This document shows positions 8,146-18,333 of a DNA stretch of 64,000 nucleotides, piece after piece; position 1 is the stretch's first letter; every line of letters starts with the position of its first letter. The notes beneath the pieces were generated by a model, which ran no database searches, was not told where the DNA came from, and worked only from the letters and a program-made list of their open reading frames with translations. Source of the stretch: a virus (taxonomy: Duplodnaviria; Caudoviricetes); IMG/VR virus record IMGVR_UViG_2675903041_000001, positions 1,519-65,518 of that record; one strand, 5' to 3'. The position numbers were made by a program, and so were the translations under genes.

Positions 8146-10700
8146 GACGGATCACAGCTCCGCTGCAACAGTGTCTCGATCGCTTCGGCCACCGACATGC
8201 CTTGCCTGGTCAGGGATTTGATGGCCTCATAGTCCTGGGCGCGGGTCGAATAAAGCATCATGGAGAATGGATCGAGTATCAGGCGTCCGACACCGGACCC
8301 CAGCGGGCAATGCACGTAGATTTCCGAATACAAACCATGCTCGGTCGTCACACTGGCCATCTGACGCCGGGTCCACTCATTGAGAGACAGCTTGCCTTCC
8401 TTGCCCAGGCGCTCGATGGATTCCGGTTTCTGCCGAAGCAAAAACAGCCAATCGGCATTCTCGATCATGGCACGGGTCGCATCGGTCTTGTAGTAATCCT
8501 CGACCGATTGCGTGATGGTGCCGAACGCACCCCCGTATTTTCGTGCACGCCGGTAGCCCGCCTCGATGAACGAGGCGCTGGCGCCCTGTCCCATCAAATC
8601 CCACGCCTCATCGATGATGACGAGCTTCTTCAATGATCGATCCAAATACATCTCCTGGGTGATGCGGTACATCACCAGTTGCATGACGACCGACTGCAGA
8701 TTTTTCTTGGACTTCAGCTCCTCCAACTCGAGCACGATGAGATTTTTAGTGAACGCGATGTTCGCTTCCCCTTCGAAATAGGAAGCATAGATGCCATACC
8801 GGGTATAGGGTTCGAGCGCTGCCGCCAGGCGGTGCATATCGCGCACGTTCTCTTCGTTCTCCGAAGGCTCGTTCGATTTCAGAAAATCATAAATGTCGGT
8901 AATCGTGGCTGACTTGCCTTTCTGATCCCACACGCGCTTGATCGCGGAGACCAGAATGGAGTAGCTGTAATTGTCCAGTTTCTCCTGCGGGCTGGCCATT
9001 TGGGCGACCAGCGGGAGCAGCAGCTCCATATCGTGATTGATATCCATCACCATGGAGAACGGATTGAGGCATAACCGGTTGCGCCGCTCGTCGGTGAATT
9101 CGATGAATTCACCCTCCAGCATTTCACACAGATTCTTGTAGGAGCGGCCGATATCGATGATCCATACCTTGGTACCCGTGCCCAGATAGCGAAACGCCAT
9201 CTCATTGACCAGCACCGATTTACCCGAACCGGACAAGGCCGCGACGGCAAAATTGAAATTACCGCTATTGTTGTCGAAAAGATCGAATGACATGATCTGC
9301 CCGCGCCGGCCAAAGAGCGTCAGTATCGGTGTCCCGGTGCCTTTCCATTCAGCGATCAGCGGCGCAGTCATCACCGCATTGTCCGCTGTCTTGGTGCCAA
9401 CCCGTCCAAACACTTTCAGATCGGCCTGCATCGCCTGGGTCAAGGTACAGGGCAAGGCCGCGACGAGTGCATGGTGCTGGAGATAGACGTCCTTCGACAG
9501 ATCGATCCCGCGCGCCTGCCAGACCGCGCGCACGGCATGCTCGCAGCGCGCGGCATCCTCCCTTCTGGATACCAGCGTTACCTGGTGAAACATCTGCACG
9601 ACGTTTCTGCCATTGCTGAACGCACGCAACACCATATCCCAGTCCCGTTTACGGTCCTGCAGATCGGGCTGGAACCGTGCCATGACGGACGATGCCGCTT
9701 GTGTTGCGCGCGCGGCTTTCATCTGCGCCTTGGTTTTGGCACTTTCGAAATCCAGAACGATGGCGCCCATCGTGATCATGAATGGACAGGGAATCGCAAG
9801 AGAGAGCCGAAAGTAATCTCCAATCAGCGCATCCATGTTGCCGAGCCGGAAATACTTCGGATACTGCATGACCGAGAAACATTGCAAGGCCGTCTCCACC
9901 CCGCCGTTCTTCCGAAACTTGATGAAGCTATCTGCGACCGCCGAGGCAACCTCGGTGTTTGAAACCTGCTTGCGGATCGGCAATGTCTCGTCGTACTCGA
10001 TCACTTTGCGCCGCCTGCCGAGCATACGTTCATGATCAAAAAAATCGGCCACGAAATTGATCAGGTTCGAAGGCTCCCAGTCCTTGCCGGGCAGCAGCGA
10101 AGAACGCAAGACAGAATGCACGCTTTCCCGGATACGGATCGCTTCTTCGACATCTGTCACGTTCTCCGGATCGAGCGGCAAGGTAATCGATATGACGCAC
10201 TGAAAATCGCGCAAGAGATAGGCATGATTGGAGAAAAATGATTTACCGGTACCACTCAGATAATGATCGATGCGGCGGCGTGACAACCTGCGAAAGGTAT
10301 TCTGGCTGCGCGACCCACCAGGTTCGGGGTCGATGGGTAGGAAAGTCGACTGTGTTCGCAATACCGGCAGAATATGCGGACTGGCGTACAGGGAAATCTG
10401 TATGCCAGTGCCTGCCGGACACGAGAGAAACAAACTGGTCAGCACCCTCTCCATTTCTTCATTGGATCCGGTCTGCGGATGTGTCTCGATGCAGAAACCG
10501 AGATTTTGCATCGGTTTCTCACTGAATGCGCCCTGATCCAGCACGAACAATTTCTCTTCTGGCAGCCAGGACGAATAGGGAAGCATGCCGCTCAGGCGCG
10601 GAATGGTCGAGAGCTGTTCAAGCAGTTTGCGAGGGACCGCATCGGCGGGGTCGAACCGCTCGCCCAGAAATATCGTTTTCAGATTGGCCAGTACACTCAA
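8142..10700 (-). CDS. traC: VirB4-like ATPase TraC (F-type)
   Basis: Walker A ALSGSGKS, IIDEAW, RRARKYGGAFGTITQS. Probable TTG start at 10700 overlapping the traV stop. Confidence 0.93.
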   Translation of the reverse strand: MSVLANLKTIFLGERFDPADAVPRKLLEQLSTIPRLSGMLPYSSWLPEEKLFVLDQGAFSEKPMQNLGFCIETHPQTGSNEEMERVLTSLFLSCPAGTGIQISLYASPHILPVLRTQSTFLPIDPEPGGSRSQNTFRRLSRRRIDHYLSGTGKSFFSNHAYLLRDFQCVISITLPLDPENVTDVEEAIRIRESVHSVLRSSLLPGKDWEPSNLINFVADFFDHERMLGRRRKVIEYDETLPIRKQVSNTEVASAVADSFIKFRKNGGVETALQCFSVMQYPKYFRLGNMDALIGDYFRLSLAIPCPFMITMGAIVLDFESAKTKAQMKAARATQAASSVMARFQPDLQDRKRDWDMVLRAFSNGRNVVQMFHQVTLVSRREDAARCEHAVRAVWQARGIDLSKDVYLQHHALVAALPCTLTQAMQADLKVFGRVGTKTADNAVMTAPLIAEWKGTGTPILTLFGRRGQIMSFDLFDNNSGNFNFAVAALSGSGKSVLVNEMAFRYLGTGTKVWIIDIGRSYKNLCEMLEGEFIEFTDERRNRLCLNPFSMVMDINHDMELLLPLVAQMASPQEKLDNYSYSILVSAIKRVWDQKGKSATITDIYDFLKSNEPSENEENVRDMHRLAAALEPYTRYGIYASYFEGEANIAFTKNLIVLELEELKSKKNLQSVVMQLVMYRITQEMYLDRSLKKLVIIDEAWDLMGQGASASFIEAGYRRARKYGGAFGTITQSVEDYYKTDATRAMIENADWLFLLRQKPESIERLGKEGKLSLNEWTRRQMASVTTEHGLYSEIYVHCPLGSGVGRLILDPFSMMLYSTRAQDYEAIKSLTRQGMSVAEAIETLLQRSCDPS

Positions 10701-11305
10701 AACGGATCCTCCAGATCGTACATGTCCTCTCGTGGAAGAGTGTCTGGATACTGATTCTGTGGCGGGGCAGCGGGAGCAGTGAAATGACCGCCCGGCCATC
10801 CCGTCTTCTTGTCCTGGTGGCTGGCATCCTTGCCGATTTCACCGGTTTTCAAGGTCGTGGGGCGATACCAATCGATGATGCGCTGCCGGTTGTGTTCGAC
10901 CATCCAGCGGCCATAATCCGCCACCATATAAAGATAGGACTGATCATGCAGATCACCGTCCGCATCCTCCCAGGGCGCCAACCATATGCGCAGTATTTTT
11001 GGCCTGGTATGGACAGGCTCACCAGAAACGGGCGTTTGGCCGACGATGGAAGGCGATGCGCGCGTGATGGAGAACGCTGCAGGCAGTGTCTCATCAATGC
11101 GCGGTTTTTCTGCCTGCGCCTTCACGGCAGGTTGTTGCAGTCCTGGCAGATTGTCCTCGACTGCATTGGCGTAGACACCTGACAACGACGAGCAGGAAAT
11201 CCCATCAGGGGCCTTGCACGAGAACTTGCTCTGGCTGTCCAGGCCGGATAACGTGGAACAGCCACTCAGCAACAGTACGGCCAGAAAGTCCGGGTGCCGC
11301 TTCAA
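10697..11305 (-). CDS. traV: Conjugative lipoprotein TraV
   Basis: Lipobox LSGC, FSCKAPDGISC, RIWLAPWEDADGDLHD. Confidence 0.9.
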   Translation of the reverse strand: MKRHPDFLAVLLLSGCSTLSGLDSQSKFSCKAPDGISCSSLSGVYANAVEDNLPGLQQPAVKAQAEKPRIDETLPAAFSITRASPSIVGQTPVSGEPVHTRPKILRIWLAPWEDADGDLHDQSYLYMVADYGRWMVEHNRQRIIDWYRPTTLKTGEIGKDASHQDKKTGWPGGHFTAPAAPPQNQYPDTLPREDMYDLEDPF

Positions 11306-12027
11306 GGCCGGGCTCCTTCGGTCAATAGTGCTGCTATTTCAGCAGCAGACCGGTACCCCTGCAGCAGGGTGCCATCCTCCAGAATCAAGGTGGGGGTAGC
11401 GTCGATGCCAAGCCGCCCGGCAAGCGAAATATTTCGCGCAATCGGGTGCTCGCAGTCGCTCTCATCCGCACTTTCCGGCAGCTTACCTTGGTGCATCAAT
11501 GCCTCCCACGCGGCTACCCTGTCCTGGGCGCACCAGACCCGGCGGGCCTTATCCCATGCATCGGGATGCAATTGCGCGATCGGGAACAGGTAGGTATAGA
11601 TGGATACATTGTCCAGCTTCGGCAATTCATTCTCCAACTGCCTGCAATAGGGACAATCCGGATCCGAAAAAACGAACAACTTGCGCTCGCCCCGGCCCCG
11701 GACAACTTCGATGGCATCTTCGATCGGCAGTACCGAGACATCGATCCGGTTCAAGGTTGCCAAAACGTCTGCGGTCAAATCCCGCTGCTCGGCCATATCA
11801 AACAGATGACCAAAAATCAGGTAACGAGCGCTTGGATCGGCATAAGCGATATTTTTGCCCATGACAACCTCGAAAAGACCCGCTATCCGGCTCTCATTCA
11901 CGCGCGTGATGGTCGTTGCGGGATATAGTGTTCGCAGGCGTTGCGCCACCTCGGTTGCCGTGTCCGTCGCCTGAACAGACAGGCTGACCACCATACCCAG
12001 AACCCAGGCAATAGGTCTTGTAGCCAT
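11302..12027 (-). CDS. dsbC: DsbC-like thiol:disulfide isomerase
   Basis: FSDPDCPYC, TPT loop, signal peptide. Confidence 0.9.
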   Translation of the reverse strand: MATRPIAWVLGMVVSLSVQATDTATEVAQRLRTLYPATTITRVNESRIAGLFEVVMGKNIAYADPSARYLIFGHLFDMAEQRDLTADVLATLNRIDVSVLPIEDAIEVVRGRGERKLFVFSDPDCPYCRQLENELPKLDNVSIYTYLFPIAQLHPDAWDKARRVWCAQDRVAAWEALMHQGKLPESADESDCEHPIARNISLAGRLGIDATPTLILEDGTLLQGYRSAAEIAALLTEGARP

Positions 12028-12030
12028 ACT

Positions 12031-13269
12031 TTAACCTTCCTCTTCCATGATTCTGCGCGGCTTTCCGCGCAACGCGCCAAAATCCACCAAATCCTGTTCC
12101 GGCCCCAACTCAAATTCAATCCCCTTGGTCAGCACCACTTCCACGACCCGCCCCGCATCGATTTCAATGACCGGAAACAGTTGCTCCGCCAGGCGGATGT
12201 AATACTGGGAAACACGGTCAAGCGATCGCCCGATTCCCGCCCCAAGCCCCGCCCGGAACTGATTGGCCGTACCCGAAATGGTGCCGACTGTGCCCAACGG
12301 ACTGGTGCTGAACGATGTCGCGCTTTGCTGCAGGCCACGCCCGATGCCAGAAATGATTCCTGTCATGAGCGCATTGGCGATGACCTGGCCCTGTTTGCTG
12401 ATCAATCTTCCGCGCAGCCCCGCCTTGCCATCCTCGCTCACGATATAGCCCTTGGCAGCGAGGTCGATGACCGCTCCGTTTTTCAACGTACAGGAAAGCG
12501 ATTCTAGTCTGAGATAAGCACGCTCCGAACTGATATCGCCGAAACCCGAGCCCAGCATGAAGCATTCCTTGAGTTTTGCCCGGTAACGGTTGGGCAGAAA
12601 GGCGTTGTCCTGGACTCTCAGCAATACCGGCATCGGGTTGTTCTGTGCCTGACCACCCGTTGGCGCATCCATTCCGCCCAGCAGAACGGCCCGCATGAAA
12701 GTGCCGGATGGAATGTAGGTTTTGTGGCTTGCAGGCTTCTCCTCACCATCAGTCATGCTGGGCGAGGTTGCGATCTGGAATACGGCAATCCCCGGTAGGG
12801 GTGGTATCGCCGATTCAGGAAGTGGTTCCGGCAAATACGGTTGGGGCGCGGGCATGTGAACGACTTTCTCAGGCTCCGGCACACTGGGTTCCGGTGGCAA
12901 TGGCGCTGGCAGCGGTGCGAAAAAATTCCCGGGTTGAATGGCTGGTTCGCCTGTTTTTCGTTCCAGCTCGGTAATTTTTTGCCGCATCGAGCGGATGATT
13001 TCATCCATTTCCTTCAGTTGCTGCGAGGATTGCGTCATCCAGATTTCCCGTGGATCAATCTGCGCGCCGGGTGCCACGATACTTCTGGTGCCAGAATTCT
13101 GCTCCATAGCCTGCGGAAGCATCGGCTCCTGCCTGTCCCACAAATAAACCCCACCAAAAACCAGTGTAAAAAATACTGCCGCCAACATGCCAAGCAACAG
13201 ATACTGCCTGGATCTGACGGAAAGATTTTTCAGGCGATCCGTGTAATCCGGCCCGTTGGCGTTACTCAT
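12031..13269 (-). CDS. traB: TraB (VirB10-like)
   Basis: Pro-rich linker, YIPSGTF, GDISSERAYLR, GKAGLRG, PVIEIDAGR. Confidence 0.92.
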   Translation of the reverse strand: MSNANGPDYTDRLKNLSVRSRQYLLLGMLAAVFFTLVFGGVYLWDRQEPMLPQAMEQNSGTRSIVAPGAQIDPREIWMTQSSQQLKEMDEIIRSMRQKITELERKTGEPAIQPGNFFAPLPAPLPPEPSVPEPEKVVHMPAPQPYLPEPLPESAIPPLPGIAVFQIATSPSMTDGEEKPASHKTYIPSGTFMRAVLLGGMDAPTGGQAQNNPMPVLLRVQDNAFLPNRYRAKLKECFMLGSGFGDISSERAYLRLESLSCTLKNGAVIDLAAKGYIVSEDGKAGLRGRLISKQGQVIANALMTGIISGIGRGLQQSATSFSTSPLGTVGTISGTANQFRAGLGAGIGRSLDRVSQYYIRLAEQLFPVIEIDAGRVVEVVLTKGIEFELGPEQDLVDFGALRGKPRRIMEEEG

Positions 13270-13981
13270 CAGTCCGCTCCAGGATCACATATACATCCGA
13301 GGTTTCGGCAGGACTCAGCACCGGACGCTCGACCGATACCGCAACCACCCCTTGCCGGTACAGTTCCCGCTCGTCGATCACCATCTGCTTGCTGGAGATA
13401 TTCGTCAGGCGGTACTTTTCTCCCCTGTAAGGCCCTTCAACCAATTTGGTGAGCACGAACATCGCGTCATGCCACAATGGCACAACTCGATTGGTTGATT
13501 GGGTTTCCATGATGGCTTGCTCCGAATCCAGCGCCAGCAACATATGCTTGATCACGCGATTGCGTTCCATGTCCTTCCCCGCCATCGACGCTTTTTGCGG
13601 TGACCGCCCCTTGATCACGATGGTATCCGAGGGCGTATCGATCACCGACAGCAACAGTTTCCAGGTTCGGTTCGATTCGTCTGAAACAAAAGCACTGATG
13701 TTGGGCTTGTCGGTCGCGGGTTTGAGATAGGCGGCACCCGCATCCTGGTCGGCGGTCACGGTAAAATCCCCCTCGGCACCGTAAATCCGGCGGATACGAG
13801 TGCCTTCCACGCGCATAAGTGTCGGTTCATCGCGGGATATTACGGCATGCATGGTTTCGTCCGGATCGCCTTCGAGTATCTGCGCGCCATACGCATCAAG
13901 ACTGCTTAGCAGTAGCAGCATCGATATCAAACAGATTTTGCCGGTTCGTTTCCCTGAAATCTGAAACATATAGTTTTCCAT
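13262..13981 (-). CDS. traK: TraK (secretin-like); true start may be ~13921
   Basis: Position between traE and traB, signal peptide, C-terminal LSPAETSDVYVI. Confidence 0.85.
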   Translation of the reverse strand: MENYMFQISGKRTGKICLISMLLLLSSLDAYGAQILEGDPDETMHAVISRDEPTLMRVEGTRIRRIYGAEGDFTVTADQDAGAAYLKPATDKPNISAFVSDESNRTWKLLLSVIDTPSDTIVIKGRSPQKASMAGKDMERNRVIKHMLLALDSEQAIMETQSTNRVVPLWHDAMFVLTKLVEGPYRGEKYRLTNISSKQMVIDERELYRQGVVAVSVERPVLSPAETSDVYVILERTDE

Positions 13982-14501
13982 TGAGATATTTGAAACCGAT
14001 CATGAACGTGGCATCACGCTCGCCAGCCCGCTTGTCGGATACCCAGGTATGCAATTTGCCGTTGAGCGCCACCCGCAGATGCCGATCATCGACGGTAATG
14101 TCCTGCACCGAGAATTGCGAGGAGGCCTGGTTTTTCTTGAGGAATTCAGAGCGTGACGCCATTTCGGCTTGCAGTCGTCCAAATTCGGAAGGTAGTGCGT
14201 ATTTGAGAAACAGTTCATTCTGATAATTCAGGCCGGAAGGCGTCACATTGAGCGCGAGTCCCGCATACCAGTAAGCCATCTCCTCGAGGTATTCCCTGGA
14301 AACCATGCTGGATGAAACCCAGAAGCTTTGCTTGATCTGGGGTGGCACGAGTATGGTGCGCGCTTCTCCGATCAGGTTGCCAATCGCCATGGCTTCTATG
14401 AGCGCAATCAACACCAGCACGGCCGACAGGATACGCATGAAGCGAATTTCCTGCGTGGCATTGTCCCGCTCGAGGAGGTAACGCTTGAATAACATGTTCA
14501 C
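13896..14501 (-). CDS. traE: TraE
   Basis: TM then RTILVPP, FWVS, YLEEMA, LNVTP. Confidence 0.9.
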   Translation of the reverse strand: MNMLFKRYLLERDNATQEIRFMRILSAVLVLIALIEAMAIGNLIGEARTILVPPQIKQSFWVSSSMVSREYLEEMAYWYAGLALNVTPSGLNYQNELFLKYALPSEFGRLQAEMASRSEFLKKNQASSQFSVQDITVDDRHLRVALNGKLHTWVSDKRAGERDATFMIGFKYLNGKLYVSDFRETNRQNLFDIDAATAKQS

Positions 14502-14794
14502 CCCAGAAAATAACGTAATCCGGAAGGCGGCAAAGACTTCGGCTGGATAAACAGACTACCGGGCAGCCACCAGTAAAGCACATGAATGGCGAATCTCGGA
14601 TGCCTGCCAGCTTTCATCCGGCCATAAAGCCAAGCCGCCACGGGACCGAAGATCAGCCCGGCCAAGGCCGCTCCGATGGCTAGCCCCACACCAAAAATCA
14701 TGACAGCCAGCACCAGTTGGTCGATTTCCCACCAGAGAAAGCGTTCCCGGGCGTCGAGCGACGTCGGGATATAGCCAGTTTCATCGCCATTCAT
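14498..14794 (-). CDS. traL: TraL
   Basis: YIPTSLD...FLWWEID, HVLYWWLP. Confidence 0.9.
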   Translation of the reverse strand: MNGDETGYIPTSLDARERFLWWEIDQLVLAVMIFGVGLAIGAALAGLIFGPVAAWLYGRMKAGRHPRFAIHVLYWWLPGSLFIQPKSLPPSGLRYFLG

Positions 14795-14805
14795 GATCGG
14801 CTTTC

Positions 14806-15102
14806 CTAGATCGTTGCGGTCATGATGACTTCAATGATTCCCGGGGTGAATTGCATGAATATGGCAAACCCGACTCCTGCAAGGATCGGAATGGGATTGA
14901 CCCGGGCTATCGATATGATGCCGCCCAGTGCAACAGCGGCCACCGAGATGGCCTTTCCGCCAAACCCCAGCACCAGGTCTCTAAAAAAGTCATACAGCGC
15001 GTTGAACGACGTACCCGTCGTCCCCGCAACCGCATCACCGGCGACACACAACGATACGAGCAATAATAGGTACACATAGATTCGTTTCTCAAGTCGCATC
15101 AT
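14806..15102 (-). CDS. traA: Conjugative pilin TraA
   Basis: Leader ending AVA-GTTG, two hydrophobic helices, directly upstream of traL. Confidence 0.8.
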   Translation of the reverse strand: MMRLEKRIYVYLLLLVSLCVAGDAVAGTTGTSFNALYDFFRDLVLGFGGKAISVAAVALGGIISIARVNPIPILAGVGFAIFMQFTPGIIEVIMTATI

Positions 15103-15340
15103 GCACTCCTGATTTCAATGTTTGATGACAGATAATGGATTTCACCAGCCAGCCGAAGCCTATCCCCAAAGCAATCCCGCCGATCTGCGTCTGAAAGTCG
15201 TTCTCAAACAACGCGCCCGGCAGCAAAACGCCCATTGCAATAAAAGCCCCGGCAATAGTCATGTCCCTGATCGCAGCTTTCGTTCGAGGAATTCTTGCGC
15301 CAGAATCGATGTTTTCATTCATCTTGATTTTCCTTCTCAA
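15089..15340 (-). CDS. Small two-TM hypothetical protein
   Basis: ORF overlapping neighbours in the operon, two hydrophobic stretches. Confidence 0.55.
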   Translation of the reverse strand: MRRKIKMNENIDSGARIPRTKAAIRDMTIAGAFIAMGVLLPGALFENDFQTQIGGIALGIGFGWLVKSIICHQTLKSGVHDAT

Positions 15341-15899
15341 TGATTAGAATCTCGACGCGCCGGTTGCGTGCGCGTCCCCGCTCCGTGTCGTTCGGCACCA
15401 GATAGCAGCAACCACCCCTGGCAATGATTTCCAACGGATTCTTTACGCCAAGCCGCTCGATCCAGGCAGCGACTTGCTTTGCCCTTGCATGGGCGAGTTT
15501 CTGGTTGTAGGCCTTGTCACCGGTACTGTCGGTATAGCCCGTAATGCGAATGCGATCGTCGTCTCCGAGCGCCTTCAGCAGATCACCCAGCGCCAGCGGC
15601 AGATCGGGATTTTGCTGGTCGAAACCGAACTGCACCAAGATGGGCCGGGAAGAAGTCTGGGGCAGGTCCGTTCGATGTGTCTGATCGATGGCAGAAGTGA
15701 TCGCCATCCCTTGAATGGGAGATTTACCAGTTGTTAGCGGACAATTGATGCCCACCTCGCAGATACGCCAATCCTCATCGAACCAGGCAATTTCGTGGAA
15801 ACGTATGACCTGTTCTTGCTGCGCCCAGACAGATTTCGGCTGTGGCCGCAGCGTGCAGGCGACAAGCGAAACGAGCATGGCAATCAAAAGCACGCGCAT
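15315..15899 (-). CDS. OmpA-family peptidoglycan-binding lipoprotein
   Basis: Lipobox LVAC, ITGYTDSTG, NQKLAHARA, RARNRRVEI. Confidence 0.88.
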   Translation of the reverse strand: MRVLLIAMLVSLVACTLRPQPKSVWAQQEQVIRFHEIAWFDEDWRICEVGINCPLTTGKSPIQGMAITSAIDQTHRTDLPQTSSRPILVQFGFDQQNPDLPLALGDLLKALGDDDRIRITGYTDSTGDKAYNQKLAHARAKQVAAWIERLGVKNPLEIIARGGCCYLVPNDTERGRARNRRVEILIIEKENQDE

Positions 15900-16318
15900 T
15901 ACCGTCGCCGCCCGATTCGATCGAGAGCCGCCTGCACTTTGCGGGCGTAACGGATACGCTTGTCGGGGGATTTTGCGTTGTAGGCCCCAATGGCGTTCCA
16001 GTTGTAACCGAGTGCATGGAAATTGTTCGCCAGCACCCAGGCCCCGACAAAAGTGTTGATGCAGGGATCAAAAAGCGCCTGCTCGTCGATGCCGTATGGG
16101 CCGAGTTTGCCAAGCCAACTGCTATTGATCTGCATGTGGCCGATATCCCGGCTGCCGTTCCGGTTACGGTTGACCGCCCGATGGTTGCCATTGGATTCGA
16201 CCATGGAAATCGCTTTCAGTAGATCCGGATGAATCCGGTAACGCTGTGACGCTTCCTGGAAGCATGCCGCCTGGGCGCACAACGGAAACAGCAGGATCGA
16301 TATCAGATAGGGTTTCAT
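15899..16318 (-). CDS. Lytic transglycosylase (SLT family, VirB1/LtgX-like)
   Basis: AISMVES, DIGHMQINS, AIGAYN. Real start MKPYLISILL at 16318, shorter than the ORF-track call. Confidence 0.9.
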   Translation of the reverse strand: MKPYLISILLFPLCAQAACFQEASQRYRIHPDLLKAISMVESNGNHRAVNRNRNGSRDIGHMQINSSWLGKLGPYGIDEQALFDPCINTFVGAWVLANNFHALGYNWNAIGAYNAKSPDKRIRYARKVQAALDRIGRRR

Positions 16319-16389
16319 GACCAGAATCGTACAAACAAAGCGCACACGAAATCCTGGCCAAAGCGATACAAAACTGCTCTGTTTCGCGA

Positions 16390-16986
16390 TTAAATACGTT
16401 TTTGCAGATTCGCCATCCATATCCAAAGCGAATAGGCCATCAATACCAGCATGGTGGGCGCGCTCAATGCTGGCAATGGCACCGGCACAAACAGCCAAAC
16501 AAACAGCAAAACCGATGTCAGCAGGAAAAGGGAAGCGCCCACTCTCAGGCGCAGCGGGCTCTGTGAGACGAACATGGTCTTGCGGATCTCCCGCACATAC
16601 AACCCATCGGCGGATGCGGCCAGCAACAGCGGGAAGACGAGCAACCCCCAGATCACCAGCGAATACATCCGGTACGCAAAAACATCGATCCACAGCAAAG
16701 TGGTATAGATACGATCGAGCAGCCAGCTGTCGATTTCCCGGCCACCATTCAACCAATCAGCGGCTTTTTCTGCTTCCTTGGAAAAATCGATCATAGCCAG
16801 GGACGATCTGGATACTATCCACTGGTTGGCCATGTCTCCCGCCCAATGAACCATTTGCTGCCGCTCGACAGCGCGTGTCTGTTCGACGATCTGCTTGGGA
16901 AGCCATACCCAGGTTGCCATCAACCCGATCGAGAAGAGCATGACAAGAATCGTACTCCAAGGGTTACGCCGATAAGTATTAACCAT
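16390..16986 (-). CDS. DUF4400-like ICE membrane protein
   Basis: ADGLYVREIRK motif and C-terminal LQKRI typical of this ICE family. Confidence 0.7.
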   Translation of the reverse strand: MVNTYRRNPWSTILVMLFSIGLMATWVWLPKQIVEQTRAVERQQMVHWAGDMANQWIVSRSSLAMIDFSKEAEKAADWLNGGREIDSWLLDRIYTTLLWIDVFAYRMYSLVIWGLLVFPLLLAASADGLYVREIRKTMFVSQSPLRLRVGASLFLLTSVLLFVWLFVPVPLPALSAPTMLVLMAYSLWIWMANLQKRI

Positions 16987-17100
16987 CTGTTATCCTCCCA
17001 ACGCTACGTTAAAGGTTTTATAAGTTAAATAACGCGCGCGCGTTACGCCCTCAAAAACAGTCAAATTCATACGCCATTACAATAAGTTGGAATTACCACT

Positions 17101-17202
17101 GGTAGCTGAAACCACGTATCACCGGTAGCTGAAACCACGTATCCATCCACAGGCAACGGTAGGTGAAACCACGTATTGCACTAACTTGGTGAACCACGAA
17201 TC
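17101..17202. repeat. Iteron array (putative oriV)
   Basis: GGTAGCTGAAACCACGTATC at 17101 and 17124, GGTAGGTGAAACCACGTAT at 17158, degenerate copy at 17188; AT-rich tract at ~17008-17032; adjacent to the rep stop. Confidence 0.75.
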
Positions 17203-18203
17203 AATGCACTCACCAAACGTTTGACGTTGCGTGTATAGAACGACACGCGGACATTCGCCAACCGGCTTGCCTTCGATACGCTGAAACGGTATTCGGGTAA
17301 ATAATCGGACAGGGCGATCTGTTTGATGGATTCGTGGAATTGTTTGAGCAGCATCTTGCTACCGCTTTTCTCGTGCAGCAGCGGCAGACCGATCGACCAT
17401 TTCGCTTGATGTCCGCAGTGTTTGCGGGCCAGTTCATACAGGCGGCGCGCAAGCGGCTTGCGCAAACGGAAGTAGTCCGGGTGGATGGTCAACACTTCAA
17501 ATGCCTGCACGGCGTTGTAAAGCCACTCCGAGAGCGTGACTTCGACCGCGACCATGCGCTCATTGGCCGGTGATTTTTCGATGATCTTCCAGCGGTCTAT
17601 GATGCCGAATCCCTCACGGATGCGGCGGCCATTTGTCCTGATATCGGTACTGATCATGGTGCCGCGCAACCGTTCGAAGGTTTCATGCAGTCGCTGGTAG
17701 TCGTCACCACTCACGCCGCGATTGGTTGCCACCAGAAAATCGTGCACCGTGAAGCGCACAGCTCGCAGCCTGGCATCCTCACGGCCCCGGTTGAGGGCCT
17801 CGTTCAGTTGCGACACGACGTAGATCAACACGTCCTTATCGAATAGCGTCGCTCTTCCCAGCACACTGGGGGTGACTTTGATCGACTTCGATCCATCCTT
17901 GCTCACCCATGACCAGATACTCAGATCGGGCTTGGTCGATAGCGTGAAGATCGGCGCTTCCATACTCGCGCTATCGTCCTTCAACGCATAATCGATCAGA
18001 TCGGCAAGGAAGAATGCTCGCCCTGGGTGACGGACTGGAATCAGTCCTTTGCTCGATGCGGTGGGTGAATCATTTTCTACGTTCTCGGTGGAATGGTACT
18101 CGGGGGGATTCAGCTGTTTGCTTCTCTGGCGCAGTGCTTCGATTTTCCGCACCAGCAAATTCTCGCTGGCGGTTGATGCGGAAATTTTTTTATCCCGTTC
18201 CAT
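17181..18203 (-). CDS. repA: Replication initiator protein A (RPA-type RepA)
   Basis: MEAPIFTLS, GRATLFDKDVLIYVVSQ, YFRLRKPLARRLYELARKHCG. Confidence 0.85.
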   Translation of the reverse strand: MERDKKISASTASENLLVRKIEALRQRSKQLNPPEYHSTENVENDSPTASSKGLIPVRHPGRAFFLADLIDYALKDDSASMEAPIFTLSTKPDLSIWSWVSKDGSKSIKVTPSVLGRATLFDKDVLIYVVSQLNEALNRGREDARLRAVRFTVHDFLVATNRGVSGDDYQRLHETFERLRGTMISTDIRTNGRRIREGFGIIDRWKIIEKSPANERMVAVEVTLSEWLYNAVQAFEVLTIHPDYFRLRKPLARRLYELARKHCGHQAKWSIGLPLLHEKSGSKMLLKQFHESIKQIALSDYLPEYRFSVSKASRLANVRVSFYTRNVKRLVSALIRGSPS

Positions 18204-18231
18204 CTGCGCTTTTTAGCAAAAGGCAGGTGGA

Positions 18232-18267
18232 AAACGTGACCGAAAAGCAGCCCGATGGGTAACGTTT
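18232..18267. promoter_or_regulatory. Inverted repeat between divergent rep/tra and traD operons (activator box or oriT candidate)
   Basis: AAACGTGACC-N16-GGTAACGTTT (9/10 palindromic arms). Confidence 0.4.
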
Positions 18268-18333
18268 CGGTGATATTTTCAAGCACCGGTCCGGCATAAT
18301 AGCAATTGAAACTCACGAGGTTGAAAAACCAAC

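Noticed and set aside
16319-16756. N-terminal extension of the lytic transglycosylase ORF
   Set aside because: Overlaps the DUF4400-like gene; the signal peptide begins at 16318.
17101-17202. CRISPR-like array
   Set aside because: Spacers are only 3-14 bp, no cas genes, and the repeats abut repA; they fit iterons.
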